Of a DNA stretch of 64,000 bases, positions 40,657-51,080 are shown piece after piece. The DNA comes from Octopus bimaculoides. Lineage: Eukaryota. The position numbers were made by a program, and so were the translations under genes. Under the pieces are notes generated by a model, which worked only from the letters and a program-made list of their open reading frames with translations, was not told the origin of the DNA and did no database searches. The DNA is taken from positions 19,738,831-19,802,830 of the forward strand of contig NC_068993.1 in NCBI RefSeq assembly GCF_001194135.2, in the 5' to 3' direction. Positions within the stretch are counted from its first letter, which is position 1, and every line of letters starts with the position of its first letter.

Positions 40657-41499
40657 CGAAGAGTACCCAAAACAAACCGGAATCCTGCAATATTATTTTA
40701 TTCACTTAATTCTACATGTTTACACTTTTATCGCCTTCAAAGTATTCTACATTCGATGCAATGCATTCGGTCCAAAAACGTTTTCCACTGTTCGAAACAG
40801 TGCTAGAACTCTTTGCGAAGTGATGCCTATTAACGACTCCGTCGTTTATTTATTTATTTTTTTTCTTACCCTCTTCCACATCTCCAAATTCCGTTGCACC
40901 AACTTTCGTCACCAGTGATCAACTTCCAACTGTTCTTTTTCAGTTCACGACACACATTCACACATCTTCCATGAGCAAGCAACACACAAATTTTACTGCA
41001 ACTCTTTTCATTCGCAGTTCCTCATTCAAAATCCGTCAGCAGGATCTCCAGTTCGTCAATTGTTCGGTGACGTCCTCCAATTTCAGTTCATGAATTCGTT
41101 CAAGAGATCGACGTTCGCTCTGAACGAGGTTGGTCCTCAGGCGACAAGTGTCCGTTCCTAAAGCGTGAAAACTACCAGTAAAATTGTGTTTTGCTCATGG
41201 CAGCGGTCTTGTAAGCTGTTTGAAGCATGATAACTGTTTCGGTTGCCATTTTTCCCAGCAGAAGCCAAATTTCACGGAAGCCCGTTGTTCCTTCGTTTCA
41301 GCCGTTGCAAAAATCGACGAGCATGGAAGTAGTAATATAAAACAAAAATGCACCACGTGACAGTATGATCCTACTGAACAACTCCGGTCAGCAGACTGAT
41401 GCCTGAGGGTCGCATCAAGTGGGTTCTAACGGCGGAAGCTTGAAATACAATGGGCTTGGCTCACAGAGAACGTTTCCGGTTACTTTTGGGTACCTCTCG
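40657..41499 (-). mobile_element. Internally deleted mariner element with both TIRs and TA target duplications
   Basis: Left TA-CGAAGAGTACCCAAAACAAACCGGAAT; right (reverse complement) TA-CGAGAGGTACCCAAAAGTAACCGGAAA. Peptides EQRASVKF, MLQTAYKTAAMSKTQFYW*FSRFRNG, RILNEELRMKRVAVKFV and ITGDESW (40898-40920). Confidence 0.85.
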
Positions 41500-42428
41500 T
41501 ATATATAAATATCCTTTTGCAGTTGTTTTCACACAAACACTCTGCATAAACATGCAAACATTTTATATACACCACCACACACTTTCATTTTAAATACACA
41601 ATTGCATATAACTGCAAGCGTGCGCATTAGAATATATGCAGTCATTTCTTTAGAAATCATTCAAACATAGTCATATACGCATATATGCATACAAACATAT
41701 ATGGTTACGTACATACATGCATATATGCATTCATATATACATATACACATAGTTGCATATATACATTTGTGCATGCCTGTTTACATACACACATCTCAAC
41801 AATACACCCATGTTCAGACTGTCGGAGAAACATTTAATATCGACAGATGCCACTTTACACATTAAAAGTTTTGTATTACACAATTTGTCAATATTCAATA
41901 GAATATCGATTTTGTGGTTAGCATTGATATAGGTAAGCTCCCAGCTGAATAATCTTTGTGTACAGTATCCACTGCTAGTTGTAGTTATTTCACTTCATTA
42001 TTTTATCTTATTATCAATGAATGAACTACCGAAGTAGAGTAAAATGTATTATAAACACTGATTTAAAACAGAAAAGAGAAACAGCGACATGTTTCTCTTT
42101 TGTGTTTCAAAATATTACGTTGTGTGTTTCTATTGTTTATGAGAAAAACAAGAATGGCTCACAAAATCATTTTTTCATTCCTTATTTCTATAGGTGGTAT
42201 GGAAAACATCTATCAACATTTTGGCAATAATGGTACAGTATTACAAAAAAAAGAGAAGTAATCAGGTATTCGAAACACGAGGTAGTGTTTTCAGAGGTAC
42301 TTTCGTAATACATCTGTTCTTGGGTAAGGTACGAAAGTCACGCAAACTTATTTTCACTCATTACATCTGAGCTATTATACCTCGTCAAGAGAAAAGGATT
42401 TATTAATCTTGTCGGTAGATACTGAAAA

Positions 42429-42429
<1 letters not shown>

Positions 42430-42506
<77 letters not shown>
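42430..42506. repeat. (AAT)n microsatellite
   Basis: Read directly. Confidence 0.95.
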
Positions 42507-42507
<1 letters not shown>

Positions 42508-43531
42508 TTAACTCCTTACTGAAGTATTTCTATTTTCTACCGTACGCAGCTGAAGTTGGTGAAAAATAAATTACTTTCATAGAATATAAATTTTCGTCCT
42601 TTTATAAACGTTAAGAGATCCTTATTTAGCAGGGCAAAAATTAATAGCATATATATTTAGTGGTTCAGAAATACTTTCCAATATGCCTTCCAAGAATATT
42701 TACTTATATCACGAGATATTTTTGGATACACTCTTGCTATGTTCATAAAATAAGGACTGTTAGCTTTTGTGTTGTCCCTATTCATAATATACCTCATATA
42801 AAAATGCATGATCTTATGCTAATACAAGAAATCAATTTTTGCTTTTTCTGGAGAATTCTCTCTTATGAATCAGTCTTCCGGAGTGTGGAGGATACGATCA
42901 AATTTCAGTTTCTGTAACTATTTCTCATTTGTTAATATGAGTTGCTAATATTGACTACTAGAACAAGAACAAAGTCATATTAAAAAGGTATAATCAATTA
43001 AGCCAGCAATGGTATTTGACTTGTACTTTACTTTATCGATCCCAGAAGGAGGAAAAATGAATTTGCTATTGATGAGATTTGATTTCAAAATGTGAAAAGT
43101 TGTAACTATACACTGCAGATCATTTTGTACCCTGCACTACTGCTTCTGCCCAAACCACCGTTACTTGCTAATATTGGAAGCAATTTAGTGCTATATATTG
43201 ATTCCGCGGAAGTAGTAGTGCAGGTTTTATTCTTTAGCTCTTCAGAAGAGACCGAATTAGTTGAAACCTGAGAGGAATTCTTTAATGCAATGGTGTCATT
43301 AAGTTGATCTTTGCCTCCCAGATTTTGTTAAAAACGGGCACCAGTAAGATACCGCAGTCGATACAATTGACAAAACTATGCCCTAACAAATTATTCCTCT
43401 GATACTTATCGAAAGATGTATGTTTTAAGAAACAAATTGGCAAATTTTTTAAGATAAGTTTCAGTTGAACTCATTCTGGGAATTAATTCTTTCTTTACTT
43501 GACTTTGTAAGGAGTACTATATGTCAGTTAC

Positions 43532-43607
43532 CTTCTTCTTCTTCTTCTTCTTCTTCTTCTTCTTCTTCTTCTTCTTCTTCTTCTTCTTCTTCTTCTTCTT
43601 CTTCTTC

Positions 43608-43683
<76 letters not shown>
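43532..43683. repeat. Compound (TTC)n(ATT)n microsatellite
   Basis: Read directly; source of the poly-S/I and poly-N/R ORFs. Confidence 0.95.
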
Positions 43684-43685
<2 letters not shown>

Positions 43686-43889
43686 GGCAGCGAGCTGGCA
43701 TAGTTGTTAGCACGCTGGGTGAAATGCTTAGCCGTATTTCGTCTGCCACTACGTTCTTAGTTCAAATTCCATCGAGGTCGACTTGCCTTTCATCCTACCG
43801 GGGTCGATGAATTAAGTACCAGTGAAACACTAGGGTCCCCTATCCCCAAAATTTCAGGCCATTTATCTACAGTAGAAAGCATTATTATT
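43684..43889 (+). mobile_element. SINE-A with (ATT)n tail
   Basis: AAGGCAGCGAGCTGGCATAGTTGTTAGCACGC...TAGTTCAAATTCC...AGTAGAAAGCATTATTATT. Confidence 0.85.
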
Positions 43890-44480
43890 TTATGTTTGAC
43901 TTTTGCTTTGCTTTGTACAAGTTGGCTCCAAGTCTCACCCGAAGACCTCAAGAGAAACGAGTTAGAAGTTCATGTTGGTGTTATGCCTAGGGTGCCACAT
44001 ATTTGGTTTTGTACATAGCACTGTTCTAGAGAATGTTTGAGAAACCATAAGAAAATTATGTGTTTGTTTTAAAATTTGAGATTACATAGAAAGTATTTTG
44101 CGTAGGATATGGGCAGTTTCCATGAGCACTATCTTTTGATTTTTGCCATTTTGGGGTTTCCTGGTATCTGAGCTAGGTAGTAATCAGCCCCTTTTGCTAT
44201 TATTCCTAGGGCACTAATGACAACAGGTATTGTTTTAGTCTTCAGGTTTTGCTAATTTCTCTTTCAAGATCTTTATACTTGCTCAGTTTTTGGTCGGTCT
44301 TGACAGATACATTTATATCAACTGGGACAGTCATATCAATAAGGAGGCATGATTTTTGTCTGAAGTCTTTCAATATGATGTCTGGCCTATTTGCATATGT
44401 CTTTCTGTCAGTTTGAATAGTGAAGTTCCAGAGGAGTGAGATGCGATCATTTTCAATACTGGGGGTGGTTTGTGTTCCCA
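43882..44480 (-). mobile_element. R4/Dong-like LINE 3' end: restriction-like endonuclease domain and 3' UTR
   Basis: LLWNFTIQTDRKTYANRPDIILKDFRQKSCLLIDMTVP...KLSKYKDL...KTKTIPVVISALG...ETAHILRKILSM* (PD..D and K..KY motifs); the UTR ends in AATAATAAT. Confidence 0.85.
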
Positions 44481-44799
44481 CTAGTTTTTATCATGGCGCA
44501 AGGCCAGGTTTTTGCAAATTATCCAGTGAATATATTGTGCAGCTCTATCATGTTTGTTGAGATACTCTGTAGGCGCAAGAAAACTGCACATGAAGACAAC
44601 ATGATCAATGATCTCATTTTGTTTTTGACATACACGAATAGTTCAGCTCAGTTTAATAGTTTCAGTATTAAGAGTGAAACTATTAAACTGAAAGTATCTC
44701 ACATTACAATAGAGAGATAATATTGTTTCACTTCTGGCACATAATACTGAAATAGTGTAAGAGATAAGAGATTGCACCGGGCTTGTATTTGGCAATAAG

Positions 44800-44970
44800 C
44801 TGAAAATTGTTTTGGCCCATGACACTGCATGGACCCTAAGTAAGGCATGTATAAAATTCTGAATGAAATCGTTTGGGTAGTTCTCGAGTCTTAGGGATTC
44901 ACCCAGACACACTCACAGACAGACAGACAAACACGCAGACAGACGCACATTTTCTTTATATGTTAGGATA
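44800..44970 (+). mobile_element. Possible Helitron/Helentron-derived (DINE-like) non-autonomous end
   Basis: AAAATTCTGAATGAAATCGTTTGGGTAGTT...(CAGA)n...TTTCTTTATATGTTAGGAT resembles DINE/HINE-type termini; resemblance only. Confidence 0.3.
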
Positions 44971-44988
44971 ATAGTTCTTTCTACTGGT

Positions 44989-45180
44989 TAATATAGAAAG
45001 GATTGAGGTAACTCCTCCTGAAGATATAGAGTCAAAATTAAAAGATAGCAAATTTATTTTTTGAACCAGTGGAAGACACGCAAGATGTCGAAGTATTGTT
45101 CACAAGATAGCAAATGGCACTCTTCTTTTAATTTTGACTCTATATCTTCAGGAGGAGTAACCTCAATCCTTTTTATATTA
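44989..45180. mobile_element. 192-bp MITE-like element with 57-bp terminal inverted repeats
   Basis: 44989-45045 versus the reverse complement of 45124-45180: 2 mismatches in 57; termini are TA-rich. Confidence 0.8.
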
Positions 45181-45212
45181 ATAATAATAATAATAATAAT
45201 AATGATGATGAT

Positions 45213-45550
45213 GGTTTCAAATTTTGCCACAAGTGCAGCCATTTTTGGTGGGAGGAGATACGTCGATTACATTAACCCCAGTGTTTCACTGATACTTAAT
45301 TTATCGACCCCGAAAGGATGAAAAGCAAAGTCGACCTCGGCGGAATTTGAACTCAGAGGTCAACTTTGCCTTTCATAATAATAATAATCCTTTCTACTGG
45401 AAGCGCAAGGCCTCAAATTTGGGGGAAGGGATTAAGTCGATTACATCGACCTCTGTGCGTAACTGGTACTTTTTTAATCGACCCCGAAAGGATTAATGCC
45501 AAAGTCGACCTCGGCAGAATTTGAAATCAGAGGTTGACTCTGCCTTTCAT
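45213..45550 (-). mobile_element. Two tandem 5'-truncated SINE-A copies, each capped by a fold-back inversion
   Basis: Minus-strand SINE-A bodies end at CTGAGTTCAAATTCC and are followed by plus-strand GAGGT(C/T)(A/G)ACT(T/C)TGCCTTTCAT and (AAT)n. Confidence 0.8.
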
Positions 45551-46229
45551 AATAATAATAATAATAATGATGTTTTTTAACTTTGATACAAAGAAATCAC
45601 AGATATTATGTGAGGTAATAATTAAATCAATGTCAGTATATAATTTATAATTAGTATATATTTTATTGATTCCAGTGGGCAAAAATGTCTACGATATAAT
45701 ACGAGCTCAAACCTGAAGGAATCAAAACTGAAGAATACGAATCGTTTAGCCTGGCGTCTAAGTCTCATGATCATCCTACTATTAATAACATCCTCATTCT
45801 TCTCTTTGTTTCTTAATTACATCTCAGTTTAAATGCTTTTAGAATTTATTTATAGCTTGTTTGAAAACTAAAAAGAATTCGTATAAATTCTTTACCTGCC
45901 CCATTTCACAACATATTGCATATTTCAACAGAGCTATGGTTTGATGTGGAAAAATCGAATTGTTTGTGTGAAATGGTGAAATGAAAAGATATATTTTCAG
46001 AATTCTTTCAACTGGTTTTAAAACAAATTTTAATTCATGCTAGACGTTCTTTAGAAACCTATGAATTTATAATAGATCATTTCATTTATTGTTAGTATCC
46101 GATAATAGCATTATTTTCTTACTTATAATATGCAAAAGAAGTCTTTGATAGCAGTATGGTGCCAAAATAAACGAAGAAGGTAGTGAATTTTCAATTCATA
46201 ATACGTAATTCTGTGCAAGTTATAATTAA

Positions 46230-46870
46230 TTCGTTGAGACTTTGGACAAAATTTTACATAGGAACGGTAGTGTGACTATATTTCTTGCGAAATACATACA
46301 CGCGATCTACAGTTCATTCTGCTAGTGTTAACTAAATACCCAACCGAGATCAAAAGATATGTGAAAAACTTAACTAAAAAGACAAATTACCACTGCATCT
46401 AAGTGGATGTGGAATTGCTGTGAGGTGCAATTTAAGGCCCCCAAAATCCTTGGGGTAAGACCGTACTCAGGAATAATAGCATGAATATATTTCCTGTGAA
46501 ATACATTCATGCTAACTGCGCTTCATTCGACTTCAGTTAGATAAATACACCATTGAAAACATAAGATTCCTGGGAAACTTTACTAAAATGACAAGTTACC
46601 TCAGTAGCTAAGTGGATATAGAATTGCACAGAAGTGCATTTTAAGACCCCAAAACTCTTGAAAGAGGTCACTTATAATACAAAATGGCCTCAGAGTTTGG
46701 ACAGGACTTTACGCGGGAATGATAGCATGATACCTGCGCTTTATTCTACTTCAGTTAGATAAAAACACCTTTGAAAACATAAGATTCATGAAAACTTTAC
46801 TAAAAACTAACATACAGCAGTGGTAGCACATTTTGAGGCCTCAGAATCTTTGAATGAGGCCAGTTGTGAG
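46230..46870. repeat. Three degenerate tandem units of about 210-220 bp
   Basis: CTGCGCTT(C/T)ATTC(G/T)ACTTCAGTTAGATAAA...ACTTTACTAAAA at 46516-46588 and 46734-46805; weaker copy at 46307-46380. Confidence 0.8.
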
Positions 46871-47082
46871 GCAAAACTAATTTTCTGTGTGAGACAGTTC
46901 TAAAATGAATAAAAGCAAATCAGTTCATTCACTTTTCCTGTGTCTTTCAGAAAAACAGAAACGTTAAACATGTTTGTCCCTGTCTCTTATGCTGGGTGGA
47001 TCAAAAGTCAAAACATTTGACTATTTTGTATATGCACCAACACACTTGACTATTTTGTATAAGTTATTATCCTTTTTTTTTT

Positions 47083-47316
47083 AAGGTGGTGAGCTGGCAG
47101 AATCGTTAGCATGCCGGAAAAAACGCTTAGCGGCAATCCGTCTATCTTTATGTTCTGAGTTCAAATTCCACCGAGGCCGACTTTGCTTTTCATCCTTTCG
47201 GGGTCGATGAAATAAGTACCAGTGAATCAATGAAGTCGATGTAATGAGCAATGGGGTCGATGTAATCAACTAGTCCCCCTCCTCCCAATTTAGGTGCTGT
47301 GCCTATAGTCGAAAGG
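47083..47316 (+). mobile_element. SINE-A (first of a head-to-tail pair)
   Basis: AAGGTGGTGAGCTGGCAGAATCGTTAGC...GAGTTCAAATTCC...GAAAGG. Confidence 0.85.
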
Positions 47317-47543
47317 AAGGTGGTGAGCAGACAACATTGTTAGCGCACCGGATAAAATGCTTAGCGGTATTTCATCCGTCTCCACGTTCTGAGTTCAAAT
47401 TCCGACGAGGTTGACTTTGCCTATCATCCTTTCGGGGTCGATAAATTAAATACCAGTGAAACACTGACGTCGATGTGATCGACTAGTTCCCTCCCCGTAA
47501 ATTTCAGTCCTTGTGCCTTTAGTAAGAAGGATCATTATTATTG
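47317..47543 (+). mobile_element. SINE-A (second of the pair) with (ATT)n tail
   Basis: Starts AAGGTGGTGAGC immediately after the first copy and ends AAGAAGGATCATTATTATT. Confidence 0.85.
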
Positions 47544-48542
47544 TTTATGTTGTTCATCAAGTGCAAGTACGTATATATTCATCATTATTTTATTCCTTTT
47601 ATTCTATTTTTTGTAAAAATTGAAGCGTTCATTTGGCAATTCCGTTGCGCATTGAACTTATACTGTGCATGACTTTTGGCCCACACTATAAATTTCATGT
47701 CTTGTACCTCTGTATAGTTCATTAAGGGAATGAGGCTATTGTTGTTAGCCAAACGAAATGCTTTAGTTTTTTGCCTCTACATTTTTAGTTGTTCTTGTTT
47801 GGCGCACCAACTCAACAGTGACTGAGCAAACTTACAATCAAAGGTGTTCCAGTCATCATCGTCTCATTTTCTGAGACTGTCAGGATTTTAAGAAACTTTG
47901 GCAGCTACTTTTAGCAGGTTGAACGACCACGTAGAAGCTCTTCTTTTGCCTTGCATACATTCAAATTTGAATTAAGAATTTACTTTTGTTTTTATCTGCC
48001 TGAATTCGATAACTGAAAGGTCAATAACAAACTAGACCTGTGCATTGATGAACGCTGAAGAGGTCAGGCAGTAGCTGTTGACTTTAAACCAGCGAACAGA
48101 TTTCAATTCTAGACTGAAACCAGTACACTTCACTCATATCTCTAATATCAAATATATTAACAATATCCCTTTTCACCCTTTTTCTGAATAGTAAAATAAA
48201 TATCATTATAACGTTGCTGCTAGTGAAATAATAAGTTGCATAGTAGAATACCGGAAAAATTATTGGCATTTTTCTAATATACATTATCGTTAAACTCACG
48301 CCTATAGGTGGCTTTACTTTTATCCCTTTCCTCCGATCGATAAAATAAGCATACACGGAGCGTCGATTAAATCAATTGTGCTATTTCACTATATTTATCT
48401 CTTTGTGTAAATGCTAGACAGAACTCTTTACTTATTGTCAATATGTGAATGCAACGTTTAGCTTCATCGTTATTTGTCATTTTTTTAGCCTGTCGTTACG
48501 GCTTGTTGAGCAGATAGGTCTTTTATCTTTTCTTTTGCCGTT

Positions 48543-48740
48543 CACTTCTTTCAGTCATTGGGCAAAGGGCATGCTATGGGACACCGCCTCTTCGAGAATT
48601 TAGTCGAACAAATTGAGTCCAGTATTTATTCTTTAAACCTGATACTTATCCGATCTGTCTCCTTTGCTTAACCGCTAAGTTACAGGATATAAGAAGACCA
48701 TTACCGGTCGTCAAGGTAGGAGTCAAACACAACACACACA
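48543..48740 (-). mobile_element. SINE-B 3' half
   Basis: CTTCTTTCAGTCATT...TTTAGTCGAACAAAT...AACCGCTAAGTTAC followed by a CA tract. Confidence 0.7.
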
Positions 48741-49189
48741 CATACACACACATACGGACACACACACACATACTCACACACAGACACTCTCACACACACA
48801 TGCACATATATANNNNNNNNNNNNNNNNNNNNNNNNNNNNNNNNNNNNNNNNNNNNNNNNNNNNNNNNNNNNNNNNNNNNNNNNNNNNNNNNNNNNNNNN
48901 NNNNNNNNNNNNNNNNNNNNNNNNNNNNNNNNNNNNNNNNNNNNNNNNNNNNNNNNNNTATATATATATATATATCGTGGGTAAGGCCAGAACAATGCGG
49001 AGTAAATGCAAGGCAAATCACAAGAAAACAAATATATGAATTAATGTAGACTTACCTTGCATGCAATATATCGGAGTTATGACCCCATACTTTGAAAATT
49101 AACGAATGTTGCAGACGTACGTGTGTGTGAGTGTGTGTAGAGTATACATGCGCAGAAAGTTGTTGCTGTGACAACAGCCAGCTTCCTGT

Positions 49190-50225
49190 AACTCTCTTCT
49201 GTTGTTGATAGTTGGTTTCCTTTGGTGTATAAAGATGACCTCGGAGATTCTAAGGTTGCTCCTGTTGCGCTGTGTTGACCTGATGGATGTGCACTGTGAA
49301 TTCCCGGGTCTGGCATTTTCGTAGATGTTTATTTCCTGAAGTGTCTGCCTGCGTGTGTTCTTTTATGCGTATATGTAGTTTTTTTTTTGTTGTGATCCCT
49401 ATGTAGGATGCGTCACATTTGTCACAGATAATCTCGTATACAACATAGGTCCTCTGGAGTGGTGAAAAGTGTTATTCGTGGACAGATATTTTCTCAGGGC
49501 TGGGACGGTGTGCACTATCTGTATGTCGAGTCCTTCCCCGAGTACTGCGTGTTGCATCGCTGCAGTAGTCTTGTCACCAAAATATGGTAGCTTTAGGAAG
49601 CCTGTGCCGGAATTGGGAGTATGGGGGTTCTTCCGGAGTTTATTGACCCTGATATTCTTTAGGCGCGGTTGTTTTGCAAAAACTAGTCGGTAATCATTCA
49701 GGGCTAGGTCTCTGAGGAACTGCTTTGTGTTGACGGCTTTGCTGGTCACTTCGCTGGTCACTTCGCTGCAATTATTGTTTATACATGCAATCTCGTTTCT
49801 CACATATGCGGCTTTACTCACCAGAGCCAAAGCCGCATACGTGAGAAACAAGATTGCAGGGAAGTGACCGACAAAGCCGTCAACACAAAGCAGTTCCTCA
49901 GAGACCTAACTCTGAATGGTTACCGACCAAACAACGGCGCCTAAAGAACATCAGTGTTAATAAACCTCGGAAGAACCCTCACACTGCCACTTCCTGCACA
50001 GGCTTCCTAAAGCTATTACATTTTGATGACAAAACTACTGCAGTGATACAACACGCCGTTCGCAGGGATAGTGCATACCGACCCATCCCTGAGAAAAGCT
50101 CTGTCTACGAATAACACCTTTCACCACTCCGAGGAGTACTCATTATCGAACTACTCCATCAATGCCCCTGAAATGTGCCAGAGGACCTATCTTGTATACG
50201 AGATCATCTGTGGTAAATGTGGCGC
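49190..50225. mobile_element. Penelope-like RT-linker/GIY-YIG region in head-to-head inverted duplication
   Basis: Left arm (minus): GFLKLPYFGD, SYIGITT, NLRISEVIFIHQRKPTINN. Right arm (plus): GFLKLLHFDD, LVYEIICGKCGA. The arms are diverged reverse complements about 49822. Confidence 0.8.
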
Positions 50226-50226
50226 C

Positions 50227-50335
50227 AGGGCTACAGTAGAAGATACTTTCCTAAAGTGCCACACAATAGGGCTGAAACCAAGACAGCATCATTGTGAAGC
50301 AAGCTTCTTAACCCTACAGCCACGCATGCACCTTA
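50227..50335 (-). mobile_element. SINE-B 5' head fragment
   Basis: Minus strand AGGTGCATGCGTGGCTGTAGGGTTAAGAAGCTTGCTTC...GTATCTTCTACTGTAGCCC. Confidence 0.7.
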
Positions 50336-50394
50336 AGAATTTACTGGAGAAAACTTTTCAGTACTAACCGACTCTTTTTTTTAAATATATCTTG

Positions 50395-50550
50395 AACTGT
50401 TGTGTCTAGGGAGAGTCATTTTCTTTTTGTGCCTTATAATTTAACACACTCACCGATAAAATTTCCACTTATTTCTTATTTTTATTTTCGTAAAATTTTC
50501 GTTGCGTCTTGCAACCTTTTCAATAGTCTTGAGAGTCAAGACTATTGAAA
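50395..50550 (-). mobile_element. PLE-type terminal repeat homologous to 5220-5349, ending in a palindrome at an N-gap
   Basis: Shared sequence with 5220-5349; perfect 15-bp arms at 50518-50532 and 50536-50550. Confidence 0.6.
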
Positions 50551-50834
50551 NNNNNNNNNNNNNNNNNNNNNNNNNNNNNNNNNNNNNNNNNNNNNNNNNN
50601 NNNNNNNNNNNNNNNNNNNNNNNNNNNNNNNNNNNNNNNNNNNNNNNNNNNNNNNNNNNNNNNNNNNNNNNNNNNNNNNNNNNNNNNNNNNNNNNNNNNN
50701 NNNNNNNNNNNNNNNNNNNNNNNNNNNNNNNNNNNNNNNNNNNNNNNNNNNNNNNNNNNNNNNNNNNNNNNNNNNNNNNNNNNNNNNNNNNNNNNNNNNN
50801 NNNNNNNNNNNNNNNNNNNNNNNNNNNNNNNNNN

Positions 50835-50905
<71 letters not shown>

Positions 50906-51037
50906 ATATCTACTTCTGAAACTACCAATTACAATTTACGAATACTTTCTACTCGCAAGATATTATACTGTAACTCTGAACAAGTCACTTAGTTCTACTC
51001 TCCTTACTAAATAAGACATTTATCACGAATTAGAAAC

Positions 51038-51080
51038 TTATATGTATAAGCAGTTTAATATAAACTGCTTATACATATAA
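51038..51080. repeat. Perfect 20-bp inverted repeat with a 3-nt loop
   Basis: TTATATGTATAAGCAGTTTA-ATA-TAAACTGCTTATACATATAA. Confidence 0.95.

Noticed and set aside
43465-43749. Poly-Ser/Ile and poly-Asn/Arg ORFs
   Set aside because: Translations of the (TTC)n(ATT)n compound microsatellite.
46230-46870. Repeat-spacer pattern as a CRISPR array
   Set aside because: Units are about 215 bp and diverged along their whole length, there are no cas genes, and the context is eukaryotic.
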